From assembly GCA_965215195.1 (NCBI GenBank), contig CBDCDC010000002.1:2816001-2880000 (forward strand): a stretch of DNA of 64,000 bases, read 5' to 3'. Each line of letters starts with the position of its first letter. The stretch's first letter is position 1. Origin of the DNA: Candidatus Latescibacterota bacterium (GTDB lineage: Bacteria; Latescibacterota; UBA2968; UBA8231). A program made the position numbers and the translations under genes. Shown piece after piece: positions 10,042 to 20,500 of this stretch. A model generated the notes under the pieces. It was not told the DNA's origin. It searched no databases and worked only from the letters and a program-made list of their open reading frames with translations.

Positions 10042-10731
10042 ATGACACAAAGTAAAACGCGTAGCAACAGGGGAAATGAGCCGAGCGTCGAGCTCGTCGA
10101 GCTCTCCGTTGTTTTGGCCGCAAATGCAAACAATCCATCCATCTTAGATCTCAATTTCTTGCAGTACAACGAAATCGTGAATCCAGCTTGGCAGGTACAA
10201 GGTTCCCCCGTCTTGAGTCCAGCTCTTGCCCAAGTGTCATTTGAGGGCGGACTTACCGTGACCGCTGACCTAAAACGCGTCATCTTTGAGCAAAAAACCG
10301 GAGGCAAATTGGTCGCATCAGAAGCGGCGAAACGCTATCTTCGACAGGTCCCGCATGTTCCTTATACCGCCATCGGCATCAATCCCAAGTTCTTTCTGCG
10401 CTCAACGGGAGAGCATCTGCCGCTTATGGAGAGTGTAGTGAGCGATCAAGGCACTTGGATGTCGTTCAAGGATGTAGTGCCGACAGTTCAACTGAAATTG
10501 ACCTATGGCTACGAAACAAGGACTATTTCCCTTGATGTTATCCAGCTTGAACAAACGACAGATGACCCGCCGTTCTCTGGGATACTGTTCCAAGCGAATG
10601 TCCATCGTGATGTGGATGGACCGAACGCACAAGCCCGTAACAAGCGCATCCGGTCTATTTTGGACAGGTGGGAAGACGATCTAGAGGATATTCGTCAGTT
10701 GAGTAAGGTTCTGTCAGGAGGGATGAAATGA
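10042..10731 (+). CDS. Conserved hypothetical protein (possibly TIGR04255-like)
   Basis: 229-aa ORF with AAGGAG RBS; motifs SVVL....NPSIL...FL and PHVPYTAIGIN; ATGA overlap with the next gene. Confidence 0.6.
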   Translation: MTQSKTRSNRGNEPSVELVELSVVLAANANNPSILDLNFLQYNEIVNPAWQVQGSPVLSPALAQVSFEGGLTVTADLKRVIFEQKTGGKLVASEAAKRYLRQVPHVPYTAIGINPKFFLRSTGEHLPLMESVVSDQGTWMSFKDVVPTVQLKLTYGYETRTISLDVIQLEQTTDDPPFSGILFQANVHRDVDGPNAQARNKRIRSILDRWEDDLEDIRQLSKVLSGGMK

Positions 10732-11600
10732 CTGCGGTCCTCGGTGAATCTAGGCCGATCACATATTACTGGGACGAACCCGTATCGCCAACGGCTGTAG
10801 ATCCTACTCCAGTCATACCGCCGGAGCCTCCTGCGAAAGATGATTCGGCAGACGTGGGATACTCAGAGTGGAGTAGAGCAGAAGAACATTCCTCTACGAG
10901 CCAGATTGCGGAACGTTTTTCCGGGGCGTTTCCTGCTGCCTTATTCGGTCTTGAGCCGATCAACGACGAGGCGAGGGAAGAGAGCTCACCGGAATCGCCC
11001 GAAACGGTCTTACAGAACATCTTCGATATTCTCAAACGGCATTACAATACTCATCCCATGTCGGCGTATGTATCTCCGTATGTATCTTCAACGTGGAATG
11101 AGGGAGGAAATCACCACGTCTGGTTTGAAGTACACCAGATTGCGGAACGTTTTTCCGGGGCGTTTCCTGCTGCCTTATTCGGTCTTGAGCCGATCAACGA
11201 CGAGGCGAAGGAAGAGAGCTTACCCGCTCTGCTCGCCAATGCCCTGCGCGATCTTCAAGAGATCAACGACGAGGCCGACGAAGAAGGAATTGAGCCACCT
11301 TCTGAACCGGCCATTGCTAACGCGGATCGTCTGATACGAGCAATCTATGACATATTGCCGCGTCAGTATCTGGTGGAACTCCTGCCAGAGGGGGTTATTG
11401 CTATCACTGTTCCCGGTGGGTTGTCGTGCCCGTTGGGCACGGTGAAGCGGCGTTCAGTTATGTTGTTGTGCGAATCTGACGGCGGAGCATTGTGCTCTGT
11501 CAACATGAACGGCGAACACCGACGCAAACGGTATTCAAACGCGAACCAACTGCCGGATAGATTTCTGCGTGAAGCCTTGAGTGAACTGGGGCGGGAGTAA
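10728..11600 (+). CDS. Hypothetical protein with acidic/Pro-rich N-terminus and internal 28-aa duplication
   Basis: GGAGG RBS and ATGA coupling; QIAERFSGAFPAALFGLEPINDEA(R/K)EES occurs twice. Confidence 0.7.
   Translation: MTAVLGESRPITYYWDEPVSPTAVDPTPVIPPEPPAKDDSADVGYSEWSRAEEHSSTSQIAERFSGAFPAALFGLEPINDEAREESSPESPETVLQNIFDILKRHYNTHPMSAYVSPYVSSTWNEGGNHHVWFEVHQIAERFSGAFPAALFGLEPINDEAKEESLPALLANALRDLQEINDEADEEGIEPPSEPAIANADRLIRAIYDILPRQYLVELLPEGVIAITVPGGLSCPLGTVKRRSVMLLCESDGGALCSVNMNGEHRRKRYSNANQLPDRFLREALSELGRE
10901..11220 (+). repeat. 86-bp direct repeat (10901-10986 and 11135-11220)
   Basis: The two copies differ at one base (GCGAGGGA vs GCGAAGGA) and are offset 234 bp, in frame. Confidence 0.95.
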
Positions 11601-11605
11601 ATCGG

Positions 11606-12052
11606 TTGGCTCGCATGAGCCTCCCTCAGAGCATATCTCCGAACGAGACTTTGGGGCGAGGCGTATTTTCAAGCAGACAGGCACGTCAAGCTAAAAATGG
11701 GATAGTTCCCCGCCGTGCATTTCTCGAACGACGAGGGGAAGTGAATATCTCCGTTGACCGGCTTGATTTCGCGGAACCCGAAGAGGCGGCGACGCTTGGC
11801 GACAGTGTAGCAGTTGGCCGTAGTGTAGGCCGTAACGTCACATTTTATGGCTGGGCCGTCATTGTCGCTGCAGACGCCGGAAGCAATGGACGGCGGGTGG
11901 TTGCCACTCCATTATCCGACAATCCATACCATACAGACATTATCTTGCCCGACTCCGCAGCAGAGGACCGCGACGAACAGATTCGTCACGCCCAAGAGCT
12001 GGCGGATGCGTCCCACTGGCGCGAGCGCCCGGACTCCACGAAATTGCATTAA
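11606..12052 (+). CDS. Hypothetical protein, putative ADP-ribosyltransferase/RES-like fold toxin
   Basis: Pattern E.L.R...AF...ISVDR...GWA...NPYH.DI is consistent with small ART-fold proteins (R, S, H strands). This assignment is an inference. Confidence 0.5.
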   Translation: MARMSLPQSISPNETLGRGVFSSRQARQAKNGIVPRRAFLERRGEVNISVDRLDFAEPEEAATLGDSVAVGRSVGRNVTFYGWAVIVAADAGSNGRRVVATPLSDNPYHTDIILPDSAAEDRDEQIRHAQELADASHWRERPDSTKLH

Positions 12053-12093
12053 CTCACTCTGGCTGCCACAGCGAACCGAAAGACAGGTGCAAA

Positions 12094-14034
12094 GTGGACC
12101 TAGACGAACTGCTGCGCGACGTGGACCTAGACGAAATGTTGCGCCTCTACGACGAGGCGGCTGAAGAATTGATGCAAGTCGCCAGAAGCGACGGCCACTT
12201 CGCCGGCCGCGACCCGGGCGAAATCACTTGGCCGGCGGGCAACGATCTCGACGCGCTCACGCGCCGCGCCGCGCTGATCGACACCATTCACGAGGGCATC
12301 CCCCCGCTCCGCGACAAGCGCCTGCAAGAGGCTTATGACCACTACGAGCGCGTTGGCCCGGCGTACCACCAAGCGAACCGCCTCTACCTAGCAACGCGCC
12401 AGCACTTCGTCGAACTGGGGCGCGGCGACGCGCTCGACTTCCGCGCACTCTACCAATCGGTCTATCTACACGCCCTAGGCCGCGACAACCCCTACACCCT
12501 CGACGAAGGCGAGGCCGCCCTCGTCAAGCTGCGGGTCGCCCGCGTACCCCTGTCCCACGCCCACGCGGTCGCCGAGAAGCTACAAGCCGGTGCAGCGCAA
12601 AAAGAGCCCGCGACCGACGCGGCAGACGATCCGCGCTTGGCCGAGCACTACGCCTGCGAAATCGACGGAGTGCGCCACGCCGGGACTCTGAGCGACCTAC
12701 TTGGCGAGGTTGCCGAGCGCGTCGTCGATTACCTCGCGGCTGGCGAGCACTTCGCCATTCGCTTCAACACCTATAGCAACTTCATCTATCTCGGTATATC
12801 GGTGTGGAAGGCCATCACGGACGCCGACGTGCTCTTGGCGCGCATTGAGGGCCGGGTGCGCGTCCAATGGCAGCAAAAGCTGGGCAAGTTGGTCCTGCTA
12901 GGTAAGGCCATGCTGCTCAAGTTCCTCCAAGCCCATTCCGAAGACCCCGCCCAGATCAAGCCGCGGGAATTTTGGTACGGCCAAGAGTATAGCTATCTGA
13001 CCCGCGACATGATCGACCTGACGCGCCGCTTAGTCGGCCACGTCAACCGACTGGCGAGCCGGGTGCGCGGGGGGGTTGATCCGGTGGTCCTGCCGCCCCT
13101 GCTCGCCGGCAAGGCCAAGGGCCGCTTTCTCGAATACCAGCACGTCGGGCGAGGCCAGACCCTCGGCTCGTGGCACCGCCGGGTGCGCCTCTTGCGCTGG
13201 GCTTTGCTCTACTATCGCACTGGACGCAAAAAAATGAGCCTGCTAGCGGCTCAGCTCCCAGAAGCAGAGCGCCTCAAAGCCGCCAGTGCCCAAAGCAGCG
13301 AATGGGGGAGGGAATCGCTGGACATTTTCGGCATTGAACTGGCCATCAGCGCCGATCCGCTCTTCGCTGCCACTGCCCGCGACCTCGACCTAGCCAACAA
13401 ACAGGAGAAGGTCCTTTTTCTTCCCACGCACCGCAGCCTCTTCGACCATCCGGTGATGAGCAGCCTGCTCCACGACCCCCGCTTCCTCGAGCTGATGGGC
13501 TGGCGCGAACCGCCCGCGCCCGTGAGCCTCGCCCGCGCCCGCCTCACCGAACCCGCAACCCTGCGCATTGGCGGCCGCTCTTTTTCTCTGATTGGCTTTA
13601 CTACCGAGGAAGTTGACAACATGATGGAGGCCGTTGACGGGCACGTCCTTATGACCCGCTCGGCCGACACGAGCAATCCCACGCGCCGCTTTGCCAAGCT
13701 CCTCGCCGAGCGGCCGGGCGTCGTCTATGGCGAGGGCACCACCGCCGCCTTTGAGCCTCAGTGCCTGCCCATGCAGCACGCGCTCTTTGCTTACCTGCCG
13801 CCCGACGTAATCATCGTGCCGCTGGCGTTGCGCGGCATCCACTCGCTGTGGCCCAAGTGCCCCCGCGGCAATCTCGACATCGGCAGCGGCCGGGTCGAAG
13901 TGGTGGTTTGTCCGCCGATGCTCGGCGAAACCACGCTCCTGCCGCGCAAGCGCGCCCTGCGCACCCAGCTAGAGCCGGCGACGCTCTTCCAAGCCGTACA
14001 CATCGCACGGCTTTTTAATCCGGAACCGAGCTAG
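12094..14034 (+). CDS. Large protein with C-terminal PlsC-type glycerolipid acyltransferase domain
   Basis: THRSLFD (HX4D), YGEGT and IVPLAL motifs in the C-terminal third; the N-terminal ~430 aa are unassigned. Confidence 0.65.
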   Translation: MDLDELLRDVDLDEMLRLYDEAAEELMQVARSDGHFAGRDPGEITWPAGNDLDALTRRAALIDTIHEGIPPLRDKRLQEAYDHYERVGPAYHQANRLYLATRQHFVELGRGDALDFRALYQSVYLHALGRDNPYTLDEGEAALVKLRVARVPLSHAHAVAEKLQAGAAQKEPATDAADDPRLAEHYACEIDGVRHAGTLSDLLGEVAERVVDYLAAGEHFAIRFNTYSNFIYLGISVWKAITDADVLLARIEGRVRVQWQQKLGKLVLLGKAMLLKFLQAHSEDPAQIKPREFWYGQEYSYLTRDMIDLTRRLVGHVNRLASRVRGGVDPVVLPPLLAGKAKGRFLEYQHVGRGQTLGSWHRRVRLLRWALLYYRTGRKKMSLLAAQLPEAERLKAASAQSSEWGRESLDIFGIELAISADPLFAATARDLDLANKQEKVLFLPTHRSLFDHPVMSSLLHDPRFLELMGWREPPAPVSLARARLTEPATLRIGGRSFSLIGFTTEEVDNMMEAVDGHVLMTRSADTSNPTRRFAKLLAERPGVVYGEGTTAAFEPQCLPMQHALFAYLPPDVIIVPLALRGIHSLWPKCPRGNLDIGSGRVEVVVCPPMLGETTLLPRKRALRTQLEPATLFQAVHIARLFNPEPS

Positions 14035-14085
14035 GGGATCCAGTAGAATTGAGAACGCGGCAACCCTTAATAAGGAAATTGAGCC

Positions 14086-16986
14086 GTGCCCCAAACCAGC
14101 GAAATCGCCTTCAACGTCCGGCTGTTGGATGTGCTGCGGACCAAGCATCCGCGTTGGCGCGAGCACACCGGCGTGGAGCAACAGGGCGTCCTCCGCGAGG
14201 AAGCACTGCGGCCGGACATCGTCATTCGCCCGCCGGGCGGCATTCCGCTCGTCTTGGAGACGGAGTTTATGCCGGCGCGCAGCGTCGAAGCGGATGCCCA
14301 AGCTCGCTTGGGGCAATTCTTGCAGTACAATGGCGATCGGATCGAGCAGACTATCGCCGTCCAGATCCCACGGGAACTGAGCCAAGTGCCACAGGCGGAC
14401 TTGGAGCAGCATATCGAGGCTGCCGAGTTCCGCTACTGCACGTATTCGCTGCAAGAAGCGGATACAACTGTGCGTTGGCCGGCCACAGGTTGGCTCGCCG
14501 GTAGTGTTGAGGATCTCGCTAGCTGTATTGAAAATGTCTCGCTGTCCGAGCGACTGCTCGCCGAGGGAACGCATATTCTGGAGCAGAGTATTGGCGAGGC
14601 TGCCGGTAAGTTGCGCGAAACGGCTGGCATCCATGCGCTGGAGAATATGGCGCAGTCTCTTCACCAAGAGGACGGCGAGCAAACCTCGCGCATGGCCATG
14701 GCCATCGTCGCCAACGCGCTCGTTTTTCACACCGCTATCGTGGAAGCGCACCGGATTGCCACCATTGACCAATTGCGCATTCCGGGGCGCAACGACGTCA
14801 GCAAGGGTCGTTTGCTCGAATGCTGGCAGCATATCCTCGATACCATCAACTATTATCCGATCTTCCGCATTGCCTCCGATTTGCTGCTGCCGATTCCCGA
14901 CGGTACGGCGAATGCTGTTCTCAATCGCCTTGCTCAGGCGGCCAGCGACTTAGCGGGGTTGGGGGCTACCACCTTGCACGACCTCTCCGGGCGCATGTTC
15001 CAACGGCTCATCGCCGACCGCAAGTTCCTCGCCACGTTCTATACGTTGCCCACCTCGGCGGCCTTGCTCGGGGAGTTGGCGGTGGCTCGTTTGGACGCGG
15101 AAACGGATTGGTCCGACCCGGACGCTCTCACGAGTCTCCGAGTCGCCGACTTGGCCTGTGGTACGGGTGCGCTGCTTTCAGCGGCGTACCGCGCTCTAGC
15201 GGTGCGCTACCGGCGGAGCGGCGGCGACGATCAGGCGCTGCATCAGCAGATGATGGAGCAAGCCCTTATCGCGGCGGACATCATGCCGGCGGCCACGCAC
15301 CTTACCGCGTCCATGCTGTCGAGTGCCCATCCGGGCACGACTTTTGGCCGCACCTGCGTCCACACATTGCCGTACGGACAGCAGAGTCAGGAAAAGCGGC
15401 ATACGATGGCGTTGGGGGCGCTCGATCTGATTGAAGAGGACGCCGCGCCGTCGCTGTTTGGGACCGGCGTCCACGTGGCGCACGGCACGGGCGCGGATGT
15501 GGAAACCGAGGGGAGCCAAGACATGATTCTCCCCCGCGAAACGGCCGATTTGGTGATTATGAATCCGCCGTTTACGCGACCGACGAATCACGAGAAGGCT
15601 GAGGTGCCAGTGCCGTCGTTTGCTGGGTTGGGAAGGACCGAAGATGAGCAGCAGGCTATGGCCAAGCGACTAGCCGAGATACGTCAGCGGTTGGCTAATC
15701 CGGCTGGACACGGCAACGCCGGGCTGGCCTCCAACTTCATTGATCTCGCCCACGTCAAGACCGAACCGGGCGGCGTCCTCGCCTTGGTGCTACCGGCGTC
15801 GTGTGTGAGCGGGGCTTCTTGGGGGGACGCCCGCCGCTTGCTGGAACGCGAGTACAAGGATTTGGCCGTGCTGACCATTGCGGCACACGGCGATACCGAC
15901 CGGGCGTTTTCAGCGGATACGGGGATGGCCGAAGCGCTTGTGTTGGCCACCAAGTGCCGTGCCGGACAAGAGGGATGCGGGAAAACGCTGTTCGTCAATC
16001 TTCACCACCGGCCACATAGCCTCGCGGAAGCCTTCGAGATGGCGCGGGCGGTGCGCCGTCTCTCGCCTCAAGCTCGGCAAGGACGACTTTGCGTGGGAGA
16101 CCACGAGACCGTCGGCACGTACATCCGGGCACCGCTGAGTCAGGGAGGCTGCGCGGCCCTGCGCGAAACCACGCTCGCCGACGCTGCCCTTGGACTATTA
16201 AAAAAAATGCTCCGGTTGCCGCGAGGATACGCTGCGACGCTGGCGACGACTCGTCTTGGGAACCTTGGCGAGAAGGGGCTACTCCACCGCGACATCTCCG
16301 GGAGAAACAGCAACGGCACTCCGCGCGGGCCGTTTGAAATCATCCCCATTCAGGGCGTACCGCAGTATCCGGTGTTGTGGGGACACAACGCCGAGCGCGA
16401 ACGGAGCCTCGTCGTCCCGCCCGATAGCGAGGGCGAGGTGCGCCCCGGCTGCGACGCCCGCGCCGTATCCGTCTGGAATCGAACGGCTTCTCGGCTGCAC
16501 TTCAACCTCGATTTTCAGATTAACTCGCAGAGCCTTACCGCCTGCCTCACGCCGACCAAAGCGATTGGCGGTACAGCGTGGCCCAATTTCATCCCGGAGC
16601 GCGACGAGTGGACCCTACCTCTCGTCCTGTGGTCCAATACGACATTGGGACTCCTCGCCTTCTGGTGGATCGGAACTCGACAGCAGCAGGGCCGAGCACG
16701 ACTCACGATCACTCAGTTGCCTCGCCTGACGGTCTTGGACCCGCGCACTCTGAGCAAGGATCAGCTAGCCCAAGCCGAGAACATCTTTGAGCGATTCAAG
16801 GACGCGGCGTTCCTACCGGCCAACGAGGCGTATCGGGACGACGCTCGCCAAGCCCTCGACCGCGCCGTCTTAGTGGACCTGTTGAAGTTTCCCGAAGCAC
16901 TCCTTGAACCGCTCGCCATTTTGCGCGACCAATGGTGCGCCGAGCCGAGCGTCCACGGGGGTAAGAAGACGCGGATTGACGCTTAG
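14086..16986 (+). CDS. Type IIG-like restriction-modification fusion / N6-adenine DNA methyltransferase
   Basis: TFYT, DLACGTG (motif I) and MNPPF (motif IV); N-terminal RPDIVI...LETE nuclease-like motif; C-terminal TRD-like region. Confidence 0.8.
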   Translation: MPQTSEIAFNVRLLDVLRTKHPRWREHTGVEQQGVLREEALRPDIVIRPPGGIPLVLETEFMPARSVEADAQARLGQFLQYNGDRIEQTIAVQIPRELSQVPQADLEQHIEAAEFRYCTYSLQEADTTVRWPATGWLAGSVEDLASCIENVSLSERLLAEGTHILEQSIGEAAGKLRETAGIHALENMAQSLHQEDGEQTSRMAMAIVANALVFHTAIVEAHRIATIDQLRIPGRNDVSKGRLLECWQHILDTINYYPIFRIASDLLLPIPDGTANAVLNRLAQAASDLAGLGATTLHDLSGRMFQRLIADRKFLATFYTLPTSAALLGELAVARLDAETDWSDPDALTSLRVADLACGTGALLSAAYRALAVRYRRSGGDDQALHQQMMEQALIAADIMPAATHLTASMLSSAHPGTTFGRTCVHTLPYGQQSQEKRHTMALGALDLIEEDAAPSLFGTGVHVAHGTGADVETEGSQDMILPRETADLVIMNPPFTRPTNHEKAEVPVPSFAGLGRTEDEQQAMAKRLAEIRQRLANPAGHGNAGLASNFIDLAHVKTEPGGVLALVLPASCVSGASWGDARRLLEREYKDLAVLTIAAHGDTDRAFSADTGMAEALVLATKCRAGQEGCGKTLFVNLHHRPHSLAEAFEMARAVRRLSPQARQGRLCVGDHETVGTYIRAPLSQGGCAALRETTLADAALGLLKKMLRLPRGYAATLATTRLGNLGEKGLLHRDISGRNSNGTPRGPFEIIPIQGVPQYPVLWGHNAERERSLVVPPDSEGEVRPGCDARAVSVWNRTASRLHFNLDFQINSQSLTACLTPTKAIGGTAWPNFIPERDEWTLPLVLWSNTTLGLLAFWWIGTRQQQGRARLTITQLPRLTVLDPRTLSKDQLAQAENIFERFKDAAFLPANEAYRDDARQALDRAVLVDLLKFPEALLEPLAILRDQWCAEPSVHGGKKTRIDA

Positions 16987-17072
16987 CTCAGATGCCGCGT
17001 ATTAAGGAAAACCGCGCTCAAGCAGGTTGCTATTCGAGACCAACGAAGTTTTGATGGTTGGAGGAAGATCGT

Positions 17073-17276
17073 ATGACCAAAACTGCACGAGACCCGGGAT
17101 TAGACCCGACCTTTCTTGGTGGTACGGCAGCTTCGTCGTATCATCTGTCGGAATCATTAGATTGGTCGAGTCTGTCAGCGCAGATGAAAAACCGAGTAGT
17201 TCTTGTTCCCGCCCACATGCAAACACTGACGAACCTCGAATCACACAAAGAAAAGAGAATGGTGCGCCAAGCCTAG
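17073..17276 (+). CDS. Small hypothetical ORF or gene remnant
   Basis: GGAGGA RBS before the ATG; 67 aa; no recognisable motif. Confidence 0.3.
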   Translation: MTKTARDPGLDPTFLGGTAASSYHLSESLDWSSLSAQMKNRVVLVPAHMQTLTNLESHKEKRMVRQA

Positions 17277-17358
17277 CATCTACGGTGACAGGCAACCACA
17301 GGACGGGCAACCCCCTGTGGTTACTCTACCATCGGGCGCGACCAATGGGATGCCGTTT

Positions 17359-17384
17359 GTAGAGGCGAACCTATGTGTTCGCCC
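17359..17384 (+). repeat. GTAG-type REP-like hairpin
   Basis: GTAGAGGCGAACCTATGTGTTCGCCC: GTAG tetranucleotide followed by a GGCGAAC/GTTCGCC stem. Confidence 0.55.
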
Positions 17385-17418
17385 GTTGGGGTGGGGCGCA
17401 TGAATTAAATACACGGGC

Positions 17419-17541
17419 CTAAGTACACGACACCCATAACTTGTCGTTGATGGCGATGAGTCCGGGATCGAGGGCGTCCCGCCCTCGACGAGGGCAAGAT
17501 GCCCTCGATCCGAAAGTAAGGCCCTACTGTCGTGTACTTAG
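17419..17541. mobile_element. MITE, family A copy 1
   Basis: 14-bp terminal inverted repeats CTAAGTACACGACA / TGTCGTGTACTTAG; 8-bp target duplication ACACGGGC (17411-17418, 17542-17549); internal GAGGGC..GCCCTC hairpins. Confidence 0.9.
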
Positions 17542-17548
17542 ACACGGG

Positions 17549-20500
17549 CTAAAAGAGCGACATCTGCTCGGCCCCCCGTCGGCGCGGCATGGCCACCTCC
17601 TCGCGCACGAGCAACCGAGCGGGAATCTCGCCCACAAACGGCGATAGCGCACATTGCACCCGCTCGCCATAGCGCTGGCGGCTGCGCACCCGCAGCAACA
17701 CCAACTCCTCTTCCGCTCGCGTCATGCCCACGTAAAAGAGCCGCCGCTCCTCGGCTAAGTCGGCGTCCCGCTCGCGGAAGGGGACGAGTTCGTCCTCCAC
17801 TCCGCAGATAAATACCACTGGAAACTCCAAGCCCTTGGCCGCGTGCAAGGTCATCAGCGCAACGGCCTCCGGGCCTTGGGGGCCGCCTCGCTCCTCGTAG
17901 TCGGCCTCCGCGCCTAGGAGCACGGTCTCCAAAAGCTGCGCGAGCGTTCCGGCCGCGTCTCCTACTCGGGCCAAGTGCTGCAAGTCCTCGTCCTCCAGGT
18001 CGCCGAACTCGGCCTGCCAGCGGCGCACCCAAGCACCCGCCCCCTCCTGCGCGGCCCATTGCCTGTACTCTGCTATCCGCGCCTCTAGCGCCTCAATCTG
18101 GTCTTGGGCCGCGGCCGACAGTTCCCCCCGTCGCACTTGGCGCAAAATGTGCGGCTCCGCGCCCATGGCCTCTAGCGCCTGCCAGCGGCGCACGTCCTCT
18201 TGCGAGATCGAGGCGTAGCGGGCAAACGCCAACGCGGCCCGCACGGCCGGCGCTTGCAGAAAGCCCTTCTGCCCGACGAGCCGGTAGGGCAGGCCCTCCT
18301 TGCGGAAGCACTCCTCTAGCACCCGGCCCTGTTGGCCGGTGCGGAAGAGCACGGCAAAGTCGGCGAAGCTGCGTGTGCCCTCTGCGCCAGCATCGGTTTG
18401 CACCATATCGGTGCCGCCGACCATGCGGGCAATCTCTCGCACCACTGCAATGCCCTCGGCCGTCTCGCCCGGCACCTCGATGAGGCGGATTCGCACCTTT
18501 CCCGGACGCATGGCTGCGAGTTCAATGGGCTCGCGCCCGGGATTGTGGCTGATGACGGCAGCAGCGGCCTCGACAATGTGCCCCTGTGAGCGATAATTCG
18601 CGCCTAGATGGAAGAGCTGCGTGCCCGAGAAGCGGTCGCGCAAGTGGGCGAAGTGGACGGGCGACGCACCGCGGAAGCTGTAGATCGCTTGATCGGGATC
18701 GCCGATGGCCATCAGGCCCGCGCCTTCGCCCGCCAACTGGAGGACCAACCTATACTGTGCGGCGTTGAGATCTTGAAACTCGTCTATTAGCAGATAGGGG
18801 AAACGCGCTCGCACCTGTTCCCGCACGGCTGCATCCGCTTCTAAAAGGCGCAGCAAATCCAAGAGAATGTCGTCGTAGTCGCAGGCCCCGTACGCGTGTA
18901 GGGCCGCCTGATAGGCGTCGTAGTGCGGTCGCCACGCCTCGGCCACCTCATCCGGCCCTTGCGCGGCAGCCTTGGCCAGCGAGATGGCTCGACTGGCGGC
19001 GACCGGCCCCGGCAAATTGGCGTCTGTTAGTGCCCCTTCCAACACCCGGCGCGCTTCCACCTCGTCGAGCACCAGCTTTGGCTCGCAGCCCAACTGGCGC
19101 AAGAGCGACAACGCCACGCGGTGGAAGGTCCCCACCTGCATCGCGCCCAGCCCGGACTCACCGCCCAACAACGCGCTCAGCCGCTGCCGCATTTGTCCAG
19201 CCGCCCGGCGGGTAAAGGTAATAGCCATAATTTGCCCCGGGTCCACGCCGCTTGCGACCAGCCGGGCAATGCGCCGCGTCAGCACCCGGGTCTTGCCCGA
19301 CCCTGGCCCGGCCACGACCACCAAAGGCCCCCCTGCGGCTTCTTCGACTTGCCGCTGTGCAGGGTCAAGCGCGTCTGCGTCCTGTTCCGCCGGTGAGGTG
19401 CTAGCGGGCCTTGGCGACGGCACCGCTGAAACGTGGACTTCCTCAGCCATCTTAGCAGCCGCCGGTCCCAAGTCGAACAGCGCACCTTGCCCTTTTAAGC
19501 GCGTCCGCTCCTCCTCGCTGAACACGCTGATCGCGCCGTATTCCCCGTCGTGGCCGGGGTAGATTTCGACTTCGCCGCAGCGCATCCGGCGTACGCCCTC
19601 GGCCACCAACGGCCCGGCGCAGCTTTCAATCGCAGCGCATCCGGCGCGGCGCAATACTTCGAGTTCTGGACCCAACTCGGCCAAGAGCCGGTCGTACACG
19701 GCGCGGACTTTTTTGCTCTTGGGTCCAACGCCCACCGCGGCGCCGATCACTTCGTCGAGTGGGATCAAGTACTCGTAGGGCGGGGCAACATCCGGGCGAA
19801 ACCCCTCCGGGCGATCGGCCAGCCGCTCCACTCGGTGCAAAACCCCCACCGTCAGCTTGCGTCCACACACCGGGCAGATTCCCGCGGCGGCCAGCGTTTG
19901 CGCCGGCTTGTAGCACACCGCGCACTTGCGATGTCCGTCGTAGTGGTATTTGCCTTCTTCGGGGTAGAACTCCAAGGTGCCCAAAAAGCGCGCTGGGTCG
20001 CGGTCTTTGAGTGCAGAGTAGATGCCCGGATACGAGCACTCGGTGTCAAAGCACGTGGCCTCGCGGGCCAGTTTTTGTGGAGAGTGGGCGTCGGAATTGG
20101 ATACGATCGCATAGCGGTCGAGAGCCGACAGCCGCCAGTTCATCGGCGGGTCTGAGGACAGGCCGGTCTCCACCGCGAAGATGTGCGGCAGCAGATCTTC
20201 GTAGCACTCCTCCAACGAGTCAAAGCCCGAAGAGGCCCCCAACGCGGCAAAGTGCGGCGTCCATATATGGGCCGGGACGAAGAGCGCGTTTTCGTCGGTT
20301 TCGAGACAGATCTCCAAAAGATCGCGGCTGTCCAGCCCCAAGATGGGCCGGCCATCGGACTGCAAGTTGCCAATGGCACCGAGGCGGTGGTTGAGTTGAG
20401 CGGCGGATTCGAAGGTGGGCAAGATGACGACGTGGTGGATCTTGCGGGTCTTGTCGCCCTTCTTGTAGATGGTGCTGATTTCCACCGAAAGCATGAAGCG

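Noticed and set aside
10901-11220. Diversity-generating retroelement TR/VR pair
   Set aside because: Only one mismatch, both copies lie in frame inside one gene, and there is no reverse transcriptase in the window.
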